Below are positions 39,245 to 51,179 of a stretch of DNA of 64,000 bases, piece after piece. Location: positions 450,619-514,618 of the forward strand of contig NC_092556.1 of the NCBI RefSeq assembly GCF_037038585.1, read 5' to 3'. The notes under the pieces are model-generated. The model was not told where the DNA came from, did not search any database, and saw only the letters and a list, made by a program, of their open reading frames with translations. The position numbers and the translations under genes are program-made. The stretch's first letter is position 1, and the number at the start of each line of letters is the position of its first letter. This DNA is from Patagioenas fasciata (lineage: Eukaryota).

Positions 39245-40020
39245 GGGCCCGGACGCCTGGGTCCCTCTGGGGGTCATGGGGGTCACTTATGGGGCCCGGA
39301 CGCCTGGGTCCCTATAAGGGGGTCATGGGGGTCACTTATGGGGCCCGGACGCCTGGGTCCCTCTGGGGGGTCACTTGTGGGGCCCGGACGCCTGGGTCCC
39401 TCTGGGGGTCACTTGTGGGGCCCGGACGCCTGGGTCCCTATAAGGGGGTCATGGGGGGGATGTGGGGCCCGGACGCCTGGGTCCCTATAAGGGGGTCATG
39501 GGGGTCACTTATGGGGCCCGGATGCCTGGGTCCCTCTGAGGTTTGGGGGTCACTTATGGGGCCCGGACGCCTGGGTCCCCTGGGGTTGGGGTGAGCTATG
39601 GGGTCACTTATGGGGCCCGGACGCCTGGGTCCCCTGGGGTTGGGGTGAGCTATGGGGGTCACTTGTGGGGCCCGGACGCCTGGGTCCCCTGGGGTTGGGG
39701 GTGAGCTATGGGGTCACTTGTGGGGCCCGGACGCCTGGGTCCCCTGGGGTTGGGGGTGAGCTATGGGGTCACTTGTGGGGCCCGGACGCCTGGGTCCCCT
39801 GGGGTTGGGGGTGAGCTATGGGGTCACTTGTGGGGCCCGGACGCCTGGGTCCCCTGGGGTTGGGGGTGAGCTATGGGGTCACTTGTGGGGCCCGGACGCC
39901 TGGGTCCCCTGGGGTTGGGGGTGAGCTATGGGGTCACTTATGGGGCCCGGACGCCTGGGTCCCCTGGGGTTGGGGGTGAGCTATGGGGTCACTTGTGGGG
40001 CCCGGACGCCTGGGTCCCTG
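39245..40020. repeat. ~60-bp satellite GGGGCCCGGACGCCTGGGTCCCCTGGGGTTGGGGGTGAGCTATGGGGTCACTTGTG
   Basis: Direct reading. Confidence 0.9.
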
Positions 40021-40038
40021 AGCGGGCGCCCCCTGCAG

Positions 40039-40071
40039 GTTCCCCGGGGCCGCTGACGAGGTCCAAGTTCA
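40039..40071 (+). CDS. Candidate 33-nt micro-exon of the protease: (G)SPGPLTRSKF
   Basis: Acceptor ccctgcag|. Donor TTCA|gtgagt. Its length is a multiple of 3, so the reading frame is preserved whether or not it is included. Confidence 0.45.
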
Positions 40072-40079
40072 GTGAGTGG

Positions 40080-41290
40080 GGGATGGGGACCCCAATGTCC
40101 CTGCGATGTCGTTAATTACCCCACTAATTAATTACCCCACTAATTACCCCATTGATTACCCCACTAATTACCCCATTGATTACCCCATTGATTTACCCAT
40201 TAACCCATTAATTACCCCCATTCCCCCACTAATTACCCCCATTAACCCCATTGATCCCATTGATCCCATTACCCCATTAATTACCCCATTACCCCATTAA
40301 TTACCCCCATTGTCCCAATGTCCCCATTGATCCCATTACCCCATTAATTACCCCATTACCCAGTTAATTACCCCCTTGTCCCCATTGTCCCAATGTCCCC
40401 ATTGTCCCCATTGTCCCCAATGTCCCCATTGATCCCATTGATCCCATGACCTCATTAATTACCCCATTAATTACCCCATTACCCCATTAATTATCCCATA
40501 ACCCCCATTACCCCCATTATCCCATTACCCCATTGTCCCATTGTCCCCACTGTCCCCACTGTCCCCATTGTCCCCGTTATCCCCACTAATTATCCCCATT
40601 ACCCCATTAATTACCCCCATTGTCCCATTGCCCCCATCGCTCCCATTGATCCCCATTGTCCTCAGTGTCCCCATTGTCCCCATTGTCCTTCATTGTCCCC
40701 ATTGTCCCCATTGATCCCCATTGTCCCCATTGTCCCCCATTGTCCCCCATTGTCCCCCATTACCCCCATTGCCCCCATTGATCCCCATTGTCCCCAATGT
40801 CCCCATTGCCCCCATGACCCCCATCACCCCCAATGTCCCCATCACCCCCATTGTCCCCATTGCCCCCAATGCCCCCATTGCCCCCATTGCCCCCATTGTC
40901 CCCATTGTCCCCATTACCCCCATTGCCCCCATTGCCCCCATTGCCCCCAATGCCCCCATTGCCCCCATTGCCCCCATTGTCCCCATTGTCCCCATTACCC
41001 CCATTGCCCCCATTGCCCCCATTGCCCCCATTGCCCCATTACCCCCATTGCCCCCATTGCCCCCATTGCCCCCATTGCCCCATTGTCCCCATTGCCCCAT
41101 TGCCCCATTGCCCCATTACCCCCATTGTCCCCAATGTCCCCATCACCCCCATTGCCCCCATCACCCCCATCGCCCCCATTGCCCCCATTGCTCCCATTGC
41201 CCCCATGACCCCCATGTACCCATCACCCCCATTGCCCCCAATGCCCCCATAGCCCCCACTGTCCCCATCGCCCCCATCACCCCCATCGCC
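40080..41290. repeat. (TAATTACCCCA)n changing into (CCCCATTGCCC)n minisatellite
   Basis: Direct reading. Confidence 0.9.
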
Positions 41291-41313
41291 CCCGCTGTCC
41301 CCGCTGTCCCCAG

Positions 41314-41529
41314 GCTGCGGGCGCCCCCTGGCGGGGCTGTCGCGCAACGTGGGCGGCGAGGACGCGGGGGCGGGGCGGTGGCCCTGGCAGGGGTCCCTGC
41401 CCCCATTGCCCCCATTGTCCCCTCTGTCCCCATTGTCCCCAGGCTGCGGGCGCCCCCTGGCGGGGCTGTCGCGCAACGTGGGCGGTGAGGACGCGGGGGA
41501 GGGGCGGTGGCCCTGGCAGGGGTCCCTGC
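41314..41529 (+). other. Two tandem pseudo-copies (41314-41400 and 41443-41529) of the first 87 nt of protease exon 3 (acceptor + [19 protein letters not shown](A/E)GRWPWQGSL), each truncated at TCCCTGC| into the CCCCATTG satellite
   Basis: The sequence is identical to the real exon (41599-41685) apart from two substitutions. Each copy keeps the ccccag acceptor but has no donor. Confidence 0.8.
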
Positions 41530-41598
41530 CCCCATTGTCCCCATTGTCCCCATTGCCCCCATTGTCCCCAATGTCCCCTCTGTCCCCGCTGTCCCCAG

Positions 41599-41764
41599 GC
41601 TGCGGGCGCCCCCTGGCGGGGCTGTCGCGCAACGTGGGCGGTGAGGACGCGGGGGAGGGGCGGTGGCCCTGGCAGGGGTCCCTGCAGCGCCGCGGCCGCC
41701 ACGTCTGCGGGGCCTCGCTGGTGGCGCCCGCCTGGGTGCTCACGGCCGCCCACTGCTTCCAGAC
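41599..41764 (+). CDS. Serine protease exon 3: (S)[54 protein letters not shown](T), containing the catalytic His
   Basis: Matches testisin/PRSS21 [54 protein letters not shown]. Acceptor ccccag|GCTGCG. Donor CAGAC|gtgaga. Confidence 0.85.
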
Positions 41765-41799
41765 GTGAGAGCGGGGGGGGGGGCATGGGGATGGGGGGG

Positions 41800-43325
41800 T
41801 CACATGGGGGGGGTCACATGACGGGGGGTGGTTATGGGGCTGGGGGGGGCAGATGGGGCTGAGGGGTGGGGGTCACATGGGGCTGGGGGGGTCACATGGG
41901 GCTGGGGGGCGTGGTTATGGGGCTGGCGGGTGGGGGTCCCATGGGGCTGGGGGGGTCACATGGGGCTGGGGGTGGGGTCCCATGGGGCTGGGGGGGTCCC
42001 ATGGGGCTGGGGGGGTTGTGGGGTGGGGGGCTATGGGGCTGGAAGGGGGTTGTGCGGGTAAGGGGGATCACATGGGGCTGGGGTGACCCCATCGCCCCCC
42101 ATTGCCCCCATTGCCCCCATTGCCCCATTGTCCCCATTGCCCCCATTGTCCCCATTGCCCCCATTGCCCCCATTGCCCCAAATGTCCCCATTGCCCCCAT
42201 TGCCCCCATTGTCCCCATTGCCCCCATTGCCCCCATTGCCCCATTGTCCCCATTGCCCCATTGCCCCATTGCCCCCATTGCCCCATTGCCCCCATTACCC
42301 CCATTGCCCCATTGCCCCCATTGCCCCCATTGCCCCCATTGCCCCATTGTCCCCATTGTCCCATTGCCCCCATTGCCCCCATTGCCCCATTGTCCCCATT
42401 GCCCCCATTGCCCCATTGCCCCCATTGCCCCCATTGCCCCATTGCCCCCATTGCCCCCCATTGCCCCATTGCCCCCATTGCCCCCATTGCCCCATTGTCC
42501 CCATTGCCCCATTGCCCCATTGCCCCCATTGCCCCATTGCCCCCATTACCCCCATTGCCCCATTGCCCCCATTGCCCCCATTGCCCCCATTGCCCCCATT
42601 GCCCCATTGCCCCCATTGCCCCATTGTCCCCATTGCCCCCAATGTCCCCATTGCCCCCATTGCCCCCATTGTCCCCATTGCCCCCATTGCCCCCATTGAC
42701 CCCCATTGCCCCCATTGCCCCCATTGCCCCCATCGCCCCCATTGTCCCCATTGCCCCCATTGCCCCCATTGACCCCCATTGCCCCCATCGCCCCCATTGT
42801 CCCCATTGCCCCCATTGCCCCCAATGCCCCATTGCCCCATTACCCCCATTACCCCCATTGCCCCATTGCCCCCATTGCCCCCATTGCCCCATTGCCCCCA
42901 TTGCCCCCATTACCCCCATTACCCCCAATGTCCCCATTGCCCCCATCGCCCCCATTGCCCCCATTGCCTCATTGCCCCCATTGTCCCCATTGTCCCCATT
43001 ACCCCCATTGCCCCATTGCCCCCATTGTCCCCATTGCCCCCATTGTCCCCATTGCCCCCATTGCCCCCATTGCCCCCATTACCCCCATTGCCCCCATTGC
43101 CCCCATTACCCCCATTGCCCCCATTGCCCCCATTGCCCCCATTACCCCCATTACCCCCATTGTCCCCAATGTCCCCATTACCCCCAATGCCCCCATTACC
43201 CCCACCGCCCCCATTACCCCCACCGCCCCCATTACCCCCAATGCCCCCATTACCCCCACCGCCCCCATTGCCCCCATTACCCCCATCCCCCCCATCCCCC
43301 CCATCCCCCCCATCCCCCCCATCGC
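41800..43325. repeat. GGGGCTGGGGGGGTCACATGG-type array, then a long (CCCCATTGCCC)n minisatellite
   Basis: Direct reading. It generates the spurious ORFs 42102..43643 and 42068..42964 (minus strand), among others. Confidence 0.9.
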
Positions 43326-43333
43326 CCCCACAG

Positions 43334-43605
43334 GGACCGCGACCCCCGCTCGTACTCGGTGCTGCTGGGCGCCCCGGAGCTGTCGGGCCCGCCGGGGGTG
43401 GGCGTGGCCATCCCGCTGGGGCGGGTCCTGCCCCACCCCTCGTACGCGGGCGAGGCCACCAGCGGGGACATCGCGCTGGCCCAGCTGGCCCGGCCCGTCC
43501 CCCTCTCGGCCGCGGTGCTGCCCGTCTGCCTGCCCGGGCCGCGCCTCCGCTTCCCGCCCGGCACCCCCTGCGTGGCCACCGGCTGGGGGGACATCGCCGA
43601 GGGAG
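43334..43605 (+). CDS. Serine protease exon 4: DRDPRSYSVLLGAPELSGPPGVGVAIPLGRVLPHPSYAGEATSGDIALAQLARPVPLSAAVLPVCLPGPRLRFPPGTPCVATGWGDIAEG, containing the catalytic Asp (DIAL)
   Basis: Matches the testisin region RYLGNSPYDIALVKLSAPV...CWVTGWGYIKEDE. Acceptor cccacag|GGACC. Donor GGGAG|gtcagg. Confidence 0.85.
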
Positions 43606-43619
43606 GTCAGGGGGACACG

Positions 43620-45800
43620 GGGGTGAGGGGGGCGTGGGGGTGATGGGGGTCATGGGGGCATTGGGGGTGATGGGGGTAATGGGGGCATTGAGGGTGATGG
43701 GGGCAATGGGGGTGGTAGGGACATTGGGGGTGATGGAGGTGATGGGGACATTGGGGACAATGGGGACAATGGGGACGTGGGGGGCAATGGGGGCAATGGG
43801 GACATTGGGGCAATGGGGGTAATGGGGGCAATGGGGGCAATGGGGACATTGGGGGTAATGGGGACAATGGGGACATGGGGGGCAATGGGGGCAATGGGGG
43901 TGATGGGGACATTGGGGGCAATGGGGACATTGAGGGTGATGGGGGCAATGGGGGTGGTAGGGACATTGGGGGCAATGGGGACATTGGGGGCAATGGGGAC
44001 AATGGGGACGATGGGGACATGGGGGACAATGGGGGCAATGGGGGCAATGGGGACATTGGGGGTGATGGGGGCAATGAGGACATGGGGGCAGTGGGGGCAT
44101 TGGGGGTGATGGGGACATTGGGGGCAATGGGGGCAATGGGGGCATTGGGGAAATTGGGGGTAATGGGGACATTGAGTGTAATGGGGGCAATGGGGGTGGT
44201 AGGGACATTGGGGGAAATGGAGGTGATGGGGACATTGGGGGTGATGGGGGCAATGGGGACATGGGGGGCAATGGGGACGATGGGGACGTGGGGGACAATG
44301 AGGACAATGGGGGCAATGGGGGCTATGGGGACATTGGGGACAATGGGGACATGGGGGACAATGGGGGCAATGGGGACAATGGGGGCAATGGGGACATTGG
44401 GGACGATGGGGACATGGGGGACAATGGGGACAATGGGGGCAATGGGGACATTGGGGACGATGGGGACATGGGGGACAATGGGGGCAATGGGGGCAATGGG
44501 GGCAATGGGGACATTGGGGACGATGGGGACATGGGGGACAATGGGGGCAATGGGGGCAATGGGGGCAATGGGGACATTGGGGACGATGGGGACATTGGGG
44601 GTGATGGGGAAATGGGCACCCAAGGGCACCCAACCATGGCCAAGGGCCCCCAATGGGGGTCAAGGGCACTCAGTGTGGGTCAAGGGCACCCAACGGGGAT
44701 CAAGGGCACCCAATGAGGATCAAGGGCACCCAGTGGGACTCAATGGGGATCAAGGGCACCCAAGGGCACCCAATGGGGATCAAGGGCACCCAACAGGGAT
44801 CAAGGGCACCCAACCATGACCAATGGCCCCCAATGGGGATCAAGGGCACCCAACCATGGTCAAGATGACCCAATGGGCGTCAAGGGCACCCAATCACACC
44901 CAAGGGGACCCAACGGGATCAAGGGCACTCAATGAGGATCAAGGGCACCCAGTGGGGGTCAATGGGGATCAAGGGCACCCAAGGGCACCCAATGGGGATC
45001 AAGGGCACCCAGTGGGGTCAAGGGCACCCAACCATAACCAACGGCCCCCAATGGGGATCAAGGCCACCCAAGGGCACCCAAAGGGGATCAAGGGCACCGA
45101 ACCATGACCAAGGGCCCCCAATGGGGATCAAGGCCACCCAAGGGCACCAACCATGACCAAGGGCCCCCAGTGGGACCCAACGGGGATCAAGGGCACCCAA
45201 GGGCCCCCAACCATGGTCAAGATGACCCAATGGGGGTCAAGGGCAACCAACCACACCCAAGGGGACCCAATGGGGATCAAGGGCACCCAAGGGCACCCAA
45301 TGGGACTCAATGGGGATCAAGGGCACCCAAGGGCACCCAATGGGGATCAGGGGCACTCAATGGGGATCAAGGGCACCCAACAGGGATCAAGGGCACCCAA
45401 CCATGACCAAGGGCCCCCAATGGGGATCAATGGCACTCAGTGGGGGTCAAGGGCACCCAGTGGGGGTCAAGGGCACCCAAGGGCACCCAATGGGGATCAA
45501 GGGCACTCAGTGGGGATCAAGGGCCCCCAATGGGGATCAAGGGCACCCAACCATGACCAAGGGCCCCCAATGGGGATCAAGGGCACCCAAGGGCACCAAC
45601 CATGACCAAGGGCACCCAATGGGGATCAAGGGCACCCAACCATGACCAAGGGCACCCAGTGGGGACCAAGGCCACCCAAGGGCACCAACCATGACCAAGG
45701 GCACCCAGTGGGGACCAAGGCCACCCAAGGGCACCAACCATGACCAAGGGCACCCAGTGGGACCCAATGGGGATCAAGGGCACCCGAGGGCCCCCAACGG
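43620..45800. repeat. (GGGGCAATGG / GGGGACATTGG)n, then a GGGATCAAGGGCACCCAAT-family minisatellite
   Basis: Direct reading. Confidence 0.9.
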
Positions 45801-45834
45801 GCTCCAGCGCGCCCCCCGCGCCCCTCCCCCGCAG

Positions 45835-46004
45835 AGGACCTCCCGTCGCCGCGGCGGCTGCAGCAGCTGGAGGTGCCGCTGTTGGCGCAGCAGACGTGCC
45901 AGCGCCTCTACCGCACCGACATGGGGCGCGCGCGGCCCCCGCGGCCCATCCAGCCCGACATGCTCTGCGCCGGCTACGCCGACGGCCGCAAGGACACCTG
46001 CAAG
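45835..46004 (+). CDS. Serine protease exon 5: (E)DLPSPRRLQQLEVPLLAQQTCQRLYRTDMGRARPPRPIQPDMLCAGYADGRKDTCK
   Basis: Matches testisin ALPSPHTLQEVQVAIINNSMCNHLF...DMVCAGNAQGGKDACF. Acceptor ccccgcag|. Donor TGCAAG|gtaccc. Confidence 0.85.
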
Positions 46005-46009
46005 GTACC

Positions 46010-49000
46010 CGGAGGTGTCACCGGGGGGGGTGGAACCACTGGGTGGGCACCAGAACCCCCTGAGATGTCACCATGGGGGGTGGAACCATTGGGTGGGCAC
46101 CAGAACCCCCTGGAGATGCCACCATAGGGGTCACCAACCCACCCTTGATCCCCAAGATGTCCTCAAGAACCACTGGGTGGGCACCAGAACCCCCTGGAGA
46201 TGTCACCATGGGGGGTGGAACCATTGGGTGGGCACCAGAACCCCCTGGAGATGCCACCATGGGTGTCCCCAACCCATCTTTGACCCCCAAAATGTCCTCA
46301 AGAACCACTTGGTGGGCACCAAAAGGTCCTTGAGGTGTCACCATGGGGGGATGGAACCATTTGGTGGGCACCAGAACCCCCTGGAGATGTCACCATGGGG
46401 GGTGGAACCATTGGGTGGGCACCAGAACCCACTTGAGATGCCACCATGGGGGGTGGAACCATTGGGTGGGCACCAGAACCCACTTGAGATGCCACCATGG
46501 GGGGTGGAACCATTGGGTGGGCACCAGAACCCCCTGGAGATGTCACCATGGGGGGTGGAACCATTGGGTGGGCACCAGAAGCCCCTGGAGATGTCACCAT
46601 GGGGGGTGGAACCATTGGGTGGGCACCAGAACCCCCTGGAGATGCCACCATGGGGGGTGGAACCATTGGGTGGGCACCAGAACCCCCTGGAGATGTCACC
46701 ATGGGGGGTGGAACCATTGGGTGGGCACCAGAACCCCTGGAGATGTCACCATGGGGGGTGGAACCATTGGGTGGGCACCAGAACCCCCTGGAGATGCCAC
46801 CATGGGGGGTGGAACCATTGGGTGGGCACCAGAACCCCCTGGAGATGTCACCATGGGGGGTGGAACCATTGGGTGGGCACCAGAACCCCCTGGAGATGCC
46901 ACCATGGGGGGTGGAACCACTGGGTGGGCACCAGAACCCCCTGGAGATGCCACCATGGGTGTCCCCAACCCATCCTTGACCCCCAATGGGGGTCAATGGG
47001 ACCCAACAGGGACTGGATGGGGTCAAGGGCACCCAATGGGATCCAACCGTGGCCAAGGGTACCCAATGGGGGTCAACGGCACCCAATGAGATCCAGCCGT
47101 GGACAAGGGTACCCAATGGGGATCAAGGGCACCCAATGGGGGTCAAGGGCACCCAATGAGATCCAACCATGGCCAAGGGCACCCAATGGGGGATCCAATG
47201 GGAGTCAAGGGCACCCAAGGGCACCCAACAGGGGTCAAGGGCATCCAATGGGGGTCAAGGGCACCCAATAGGACCCAACCATGGCCAAGGGCTCCCAATG
47301 AAGATCAAGGGCACCCAATGAAGATCAAGGGCACCCAATGGGGGTCAAGGGCACCCAATGGGGAACAAGGGCACCCAATGGGACCCAACCATGGCCAAGG
47401 GCTCCCAATGAAGATCAAGGGCACCCAATGGGGGTCAAGGGCACCCAATGGGGATCAAGGGCACCCAATGGGACCCAACCATGGCCAAGGGCTCCCAATG
47501 AAGATCAAGGGCACCCAATGGGGGTCAAGGGCACCCAATGAGGGTCAAGGGCACCCAACGGGACCCAACCATGTCCAAGGGCACCCAATGGGGGTCAATG
47601 GCACCCAATGGGGTCCAAGGGCACCCAACAGGACCCAACCATGGCCAAGGGCTCCCAATGAAGATCAAGGGCACCCAATAGGACCCAACCATGGCCAAGG
47701 GCACCCAATGGGGGTCAAGGACACCCAATGGGGTTCAAGGGCACCCAATGGGACCCAACCATGGCCAAGGGCACCCAATGAAGATCAAGGGCACCCAATG
47801 GGGGTCAAGGGCACCCAACGGGACCCAACCATGGCCAAGGGCTCCTAATGAAGATCAAGGGCACCCAATGGGGGTCATGGGCACCCAATGGGACCCAACC
47901 ATGGCCAAGGGCTCCCAATGAAGATCAAGGGCACCCAACGGGGGTCAAGGACACCCAATGGGACCCAACCATGGCCAAGGGCACCCAATGGGGGTCAATG
48001 GCACCCAATGGGGGTCAAGGACACCCAATGGGACCCAACCATGGCCAAGGGCACCCAATGAAGATCAAGGGCACCCAATGGGGGTCAAGGGCACCCAATG
48101 GGGATCAAGGACACCCAATGGGACCCAACCATGGCCAAGGGCTCCCAATGAAGATCAAGGGCACCCAATGGGGGTCAAGGGCACCCAATGGGGAACAAGG
48201 GCACCCAATAGGACCCAACCATGGCCAAGGGCACCCAATGAAGATCAAGGGCACCCAATGGGGGTCAAGGGCACCCAATGGGGAACAAGGGCACCCAATA
48301 GGACCCAACCATGGCCAAGGGCACCCAATGAAGATCAAGGGCACCCAATGAAGATCAAGGGCACCCAACGGGACCCAACCATGGCCAAGGGCACCCAATG
48401 GGGGTCAAGGGCACCCAACGGGACCCAACCATGGCCAAGGGCACCCAATGGGGGTCAAGGACACCCAATGGGGTTCAAGGGCACACAATGGGACCCAACC
48501 GTGGCCAAGGGCACCCAATGAAGATCAAGGGCACCCAATGGGGGTCAAGGGCACCCAACGGGACCCAACCATGGCCAAGGGCACCCAATGGGGGTCAAGG
48601 GCACCCAATGGGGGTCAAGGGCACCCAACAGGACCCAACCATGGCCAAGGGCTCCCAATGAAGATCAAGGGCACCCAATAGGACCCAACCATGGCCAAGG
48701 GCACCCAATGGGGGTCAAGGACACCCAATGGGGTTCAAGGGCACCCAATGGGACCCAACCATGGCCAAGGGCACCCAATGGGGGTCAAGGACACCCAATG
48801 GGGTTCAAGGGCACCCAATAGGACCCAACCATGGCCAAGGGTTCCCAATGAAGATCAAGGGCTCCCAATGGGGAACAAGGGCACCCAATGGGACCCAACC
48901 ATGGCCAAGGGCACCCAATGAAGATCAAGGGCACCCAATGGGGGTCAAGGGCACCCAATGGGGATCAAGGACACCCAACGGGACCCAACCATGGCCAAGG

Positions 49001-49620
49001 GCTCCCAATGAAGATCAAGGGCACCCAATGGGGGTCAAGGGCACCCAATGGGGATCAAGGACACCCAATGGGACCCAACCATGGCCAAGGGCTCCCAATG
49101 AAGATCAAGGGCACCCAATGGGGGTCAAGGGCACCCAATGGGGAACAAGGGCACCCAATAGGACCCAACCATGGCCAAGGGCACCCAATGAAGATCAAGG
49201 GCACCCAATGGGGGTCAAGGGCACCCAATGGGGAACAAGGGCACCCAATAGGACCCAACCATGTCCAAGGGCTCCCAATGAAGAACAAGGGCACCCAATA
49301 GGACCCAACCATGGCCAAGGGCACCCAATGGGGGTCAAGGGCACCCAATGGGGGTCAAGAACACCCAATGGAACCCAACCATGGCCAAGGGCACCCAATG
49401 AAGATCAAGGGCACCCAACGGGACCCAACCATGGCCAAGGGCTCCGAATGAAGATCAAGGGCACCCAATGGGGGTCATGGGCACCCAATGGGACCCAGCC
49501 ATGGCCAAGGGCTCCCAATGGGGATCAAGGGCACCCAACAGGACCCAACCGTGTCCAAGGGCACCCAATGGGGGACCCAACGTGGGTCAATGGCACCCAA
49601 GCTGCCCCCCCCATGTCCCC
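46010..49620. repeat. ~59-bp GGGGGTGGAACCATTGGGTGGGCACCAGAACCCCCTGGAGATGTCACCAT satellite, then a long GGGTCAAGGGCACCCAATGG(GACCCAACCATGGCCAAGG) satellite
   Basis: Direct reading. It generates dozens of the listed spurious ORFs. Confidence 0.9.
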
Positions 49621-49648
49621 CCCCTCGGTGACCCCACCCTCCCCCTAG

Positions 49649-50047
<399 letters not shown>

Positions 50048-50049
50048 GG

Positions 50050-51110
50050 GGGGAAATGGGGGATTGGGGGGGACCCCAAAAATAGGGGAGAGGGGGGAGG
50101 GCGCCCAAAAATGGGGGAGGGGCAAACCACCCCGATTTAGCCCCAAAATGGGCCCCAAACCCACCCGATTTAGCCCCAAAATGGGCCCCAAACCCACCCG
50201 ATTTAGCCCGAAAATGGGGTCAAAAACCCCCCGGCTTCGCCCCAAAATGATCATGGGGGAGGCACAAAACGCCCCGATTTCCCCCCAAAAGCCCCATAGG
50301 GGACCCCAAAACCTCCTGATTTTCCCCCAAAATGAGCCCCAGAACCCCCCCAATTTGCCCCCAAGGGGACCCCAAAACCTCCCGATTTCCCCCAAAATGA
50401 GCCCCAGAACCCCCCCAATTTGCCCCCAAGGGGACCCCAAAACCCCCCGATTTCCCCCCAAAATGAGCCCCAGAACCCCCCCAATTTGCCCCCAAGGGGA
50501 CCCCAAAACCCCCCGATTTTCCCCCAAAATGAGCCCCAGAACCCCCCCAATTTGCCCCCAAGGGGACCCCAAAACCCCCCGATTTCCCCCCAAAATGAGC
50601 CCCAGAACCCCCCCAATTTGCCCCCAAGGGGACCCCAAACCCCCCGATTTCACCCCCAAAAGCCCCATAGGGACCCCAAAATCCCCATAGGGGACCCCAA
50701 AAGCCCCCAAGGGACCCCAACTCCCCCCGATTTCCCCCCAAAAGCCCCATAGGGACCCCAAAACCTCCCAATTTAGACCCAAAATGTCCATAGGGGACCC
50801 CAAAACCCCCCGATTTAGCCCCAAAAGCCCCATAGGGACCCCAAACCCCCCAAATTTACCCCCAAAGGGACCCTAAAACCCCCCAATTTACCCCCAAAAG
50901 GGGCCCCAGAAGCCCCAATTTGCCCCCAAAGGGACCCCAAAAGCCCCCAATTTACCCCCAAAGGGACCCCAAAACCCCCCAATTTAGCCCCAAAATGGTC
51001 ATAGGGGACCCCAAAACCTCCCGATTTAGCCCCAAAAGGGACCCCAGAAGCCCCAATTTGCCCCCAAAGGGACCCCAAAACCCCCCGATTTCCCCCCAAA
51101 GGGACCCCGG
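50050..51110. repeat. CCCCAAAATGGGCCCCAAACCCACCCGATTTAGC-type minisatellite
   Basis: Direct reading. Confidence 0.9.
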
Positions 51111-51137
51111 GGGGGGCAGTGGGGTCCCATGTGGGTC

Positions 51138-51143
51138 AATAAA
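51138..51143 (+). terminator. AATAAA hexamer (gggtcaataaaggtg), a candidate polyadenylation signal for the protease gene about 1.1 kb after its stop
   Basis: This is the only plus-strand AATAAA between the protease stop and the LAT region. Confidence 0.3.
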
Positions 51144-51179
51144 GGTGAAAATGGGGCAAAAAGTGGCGGATTTGGGTCT

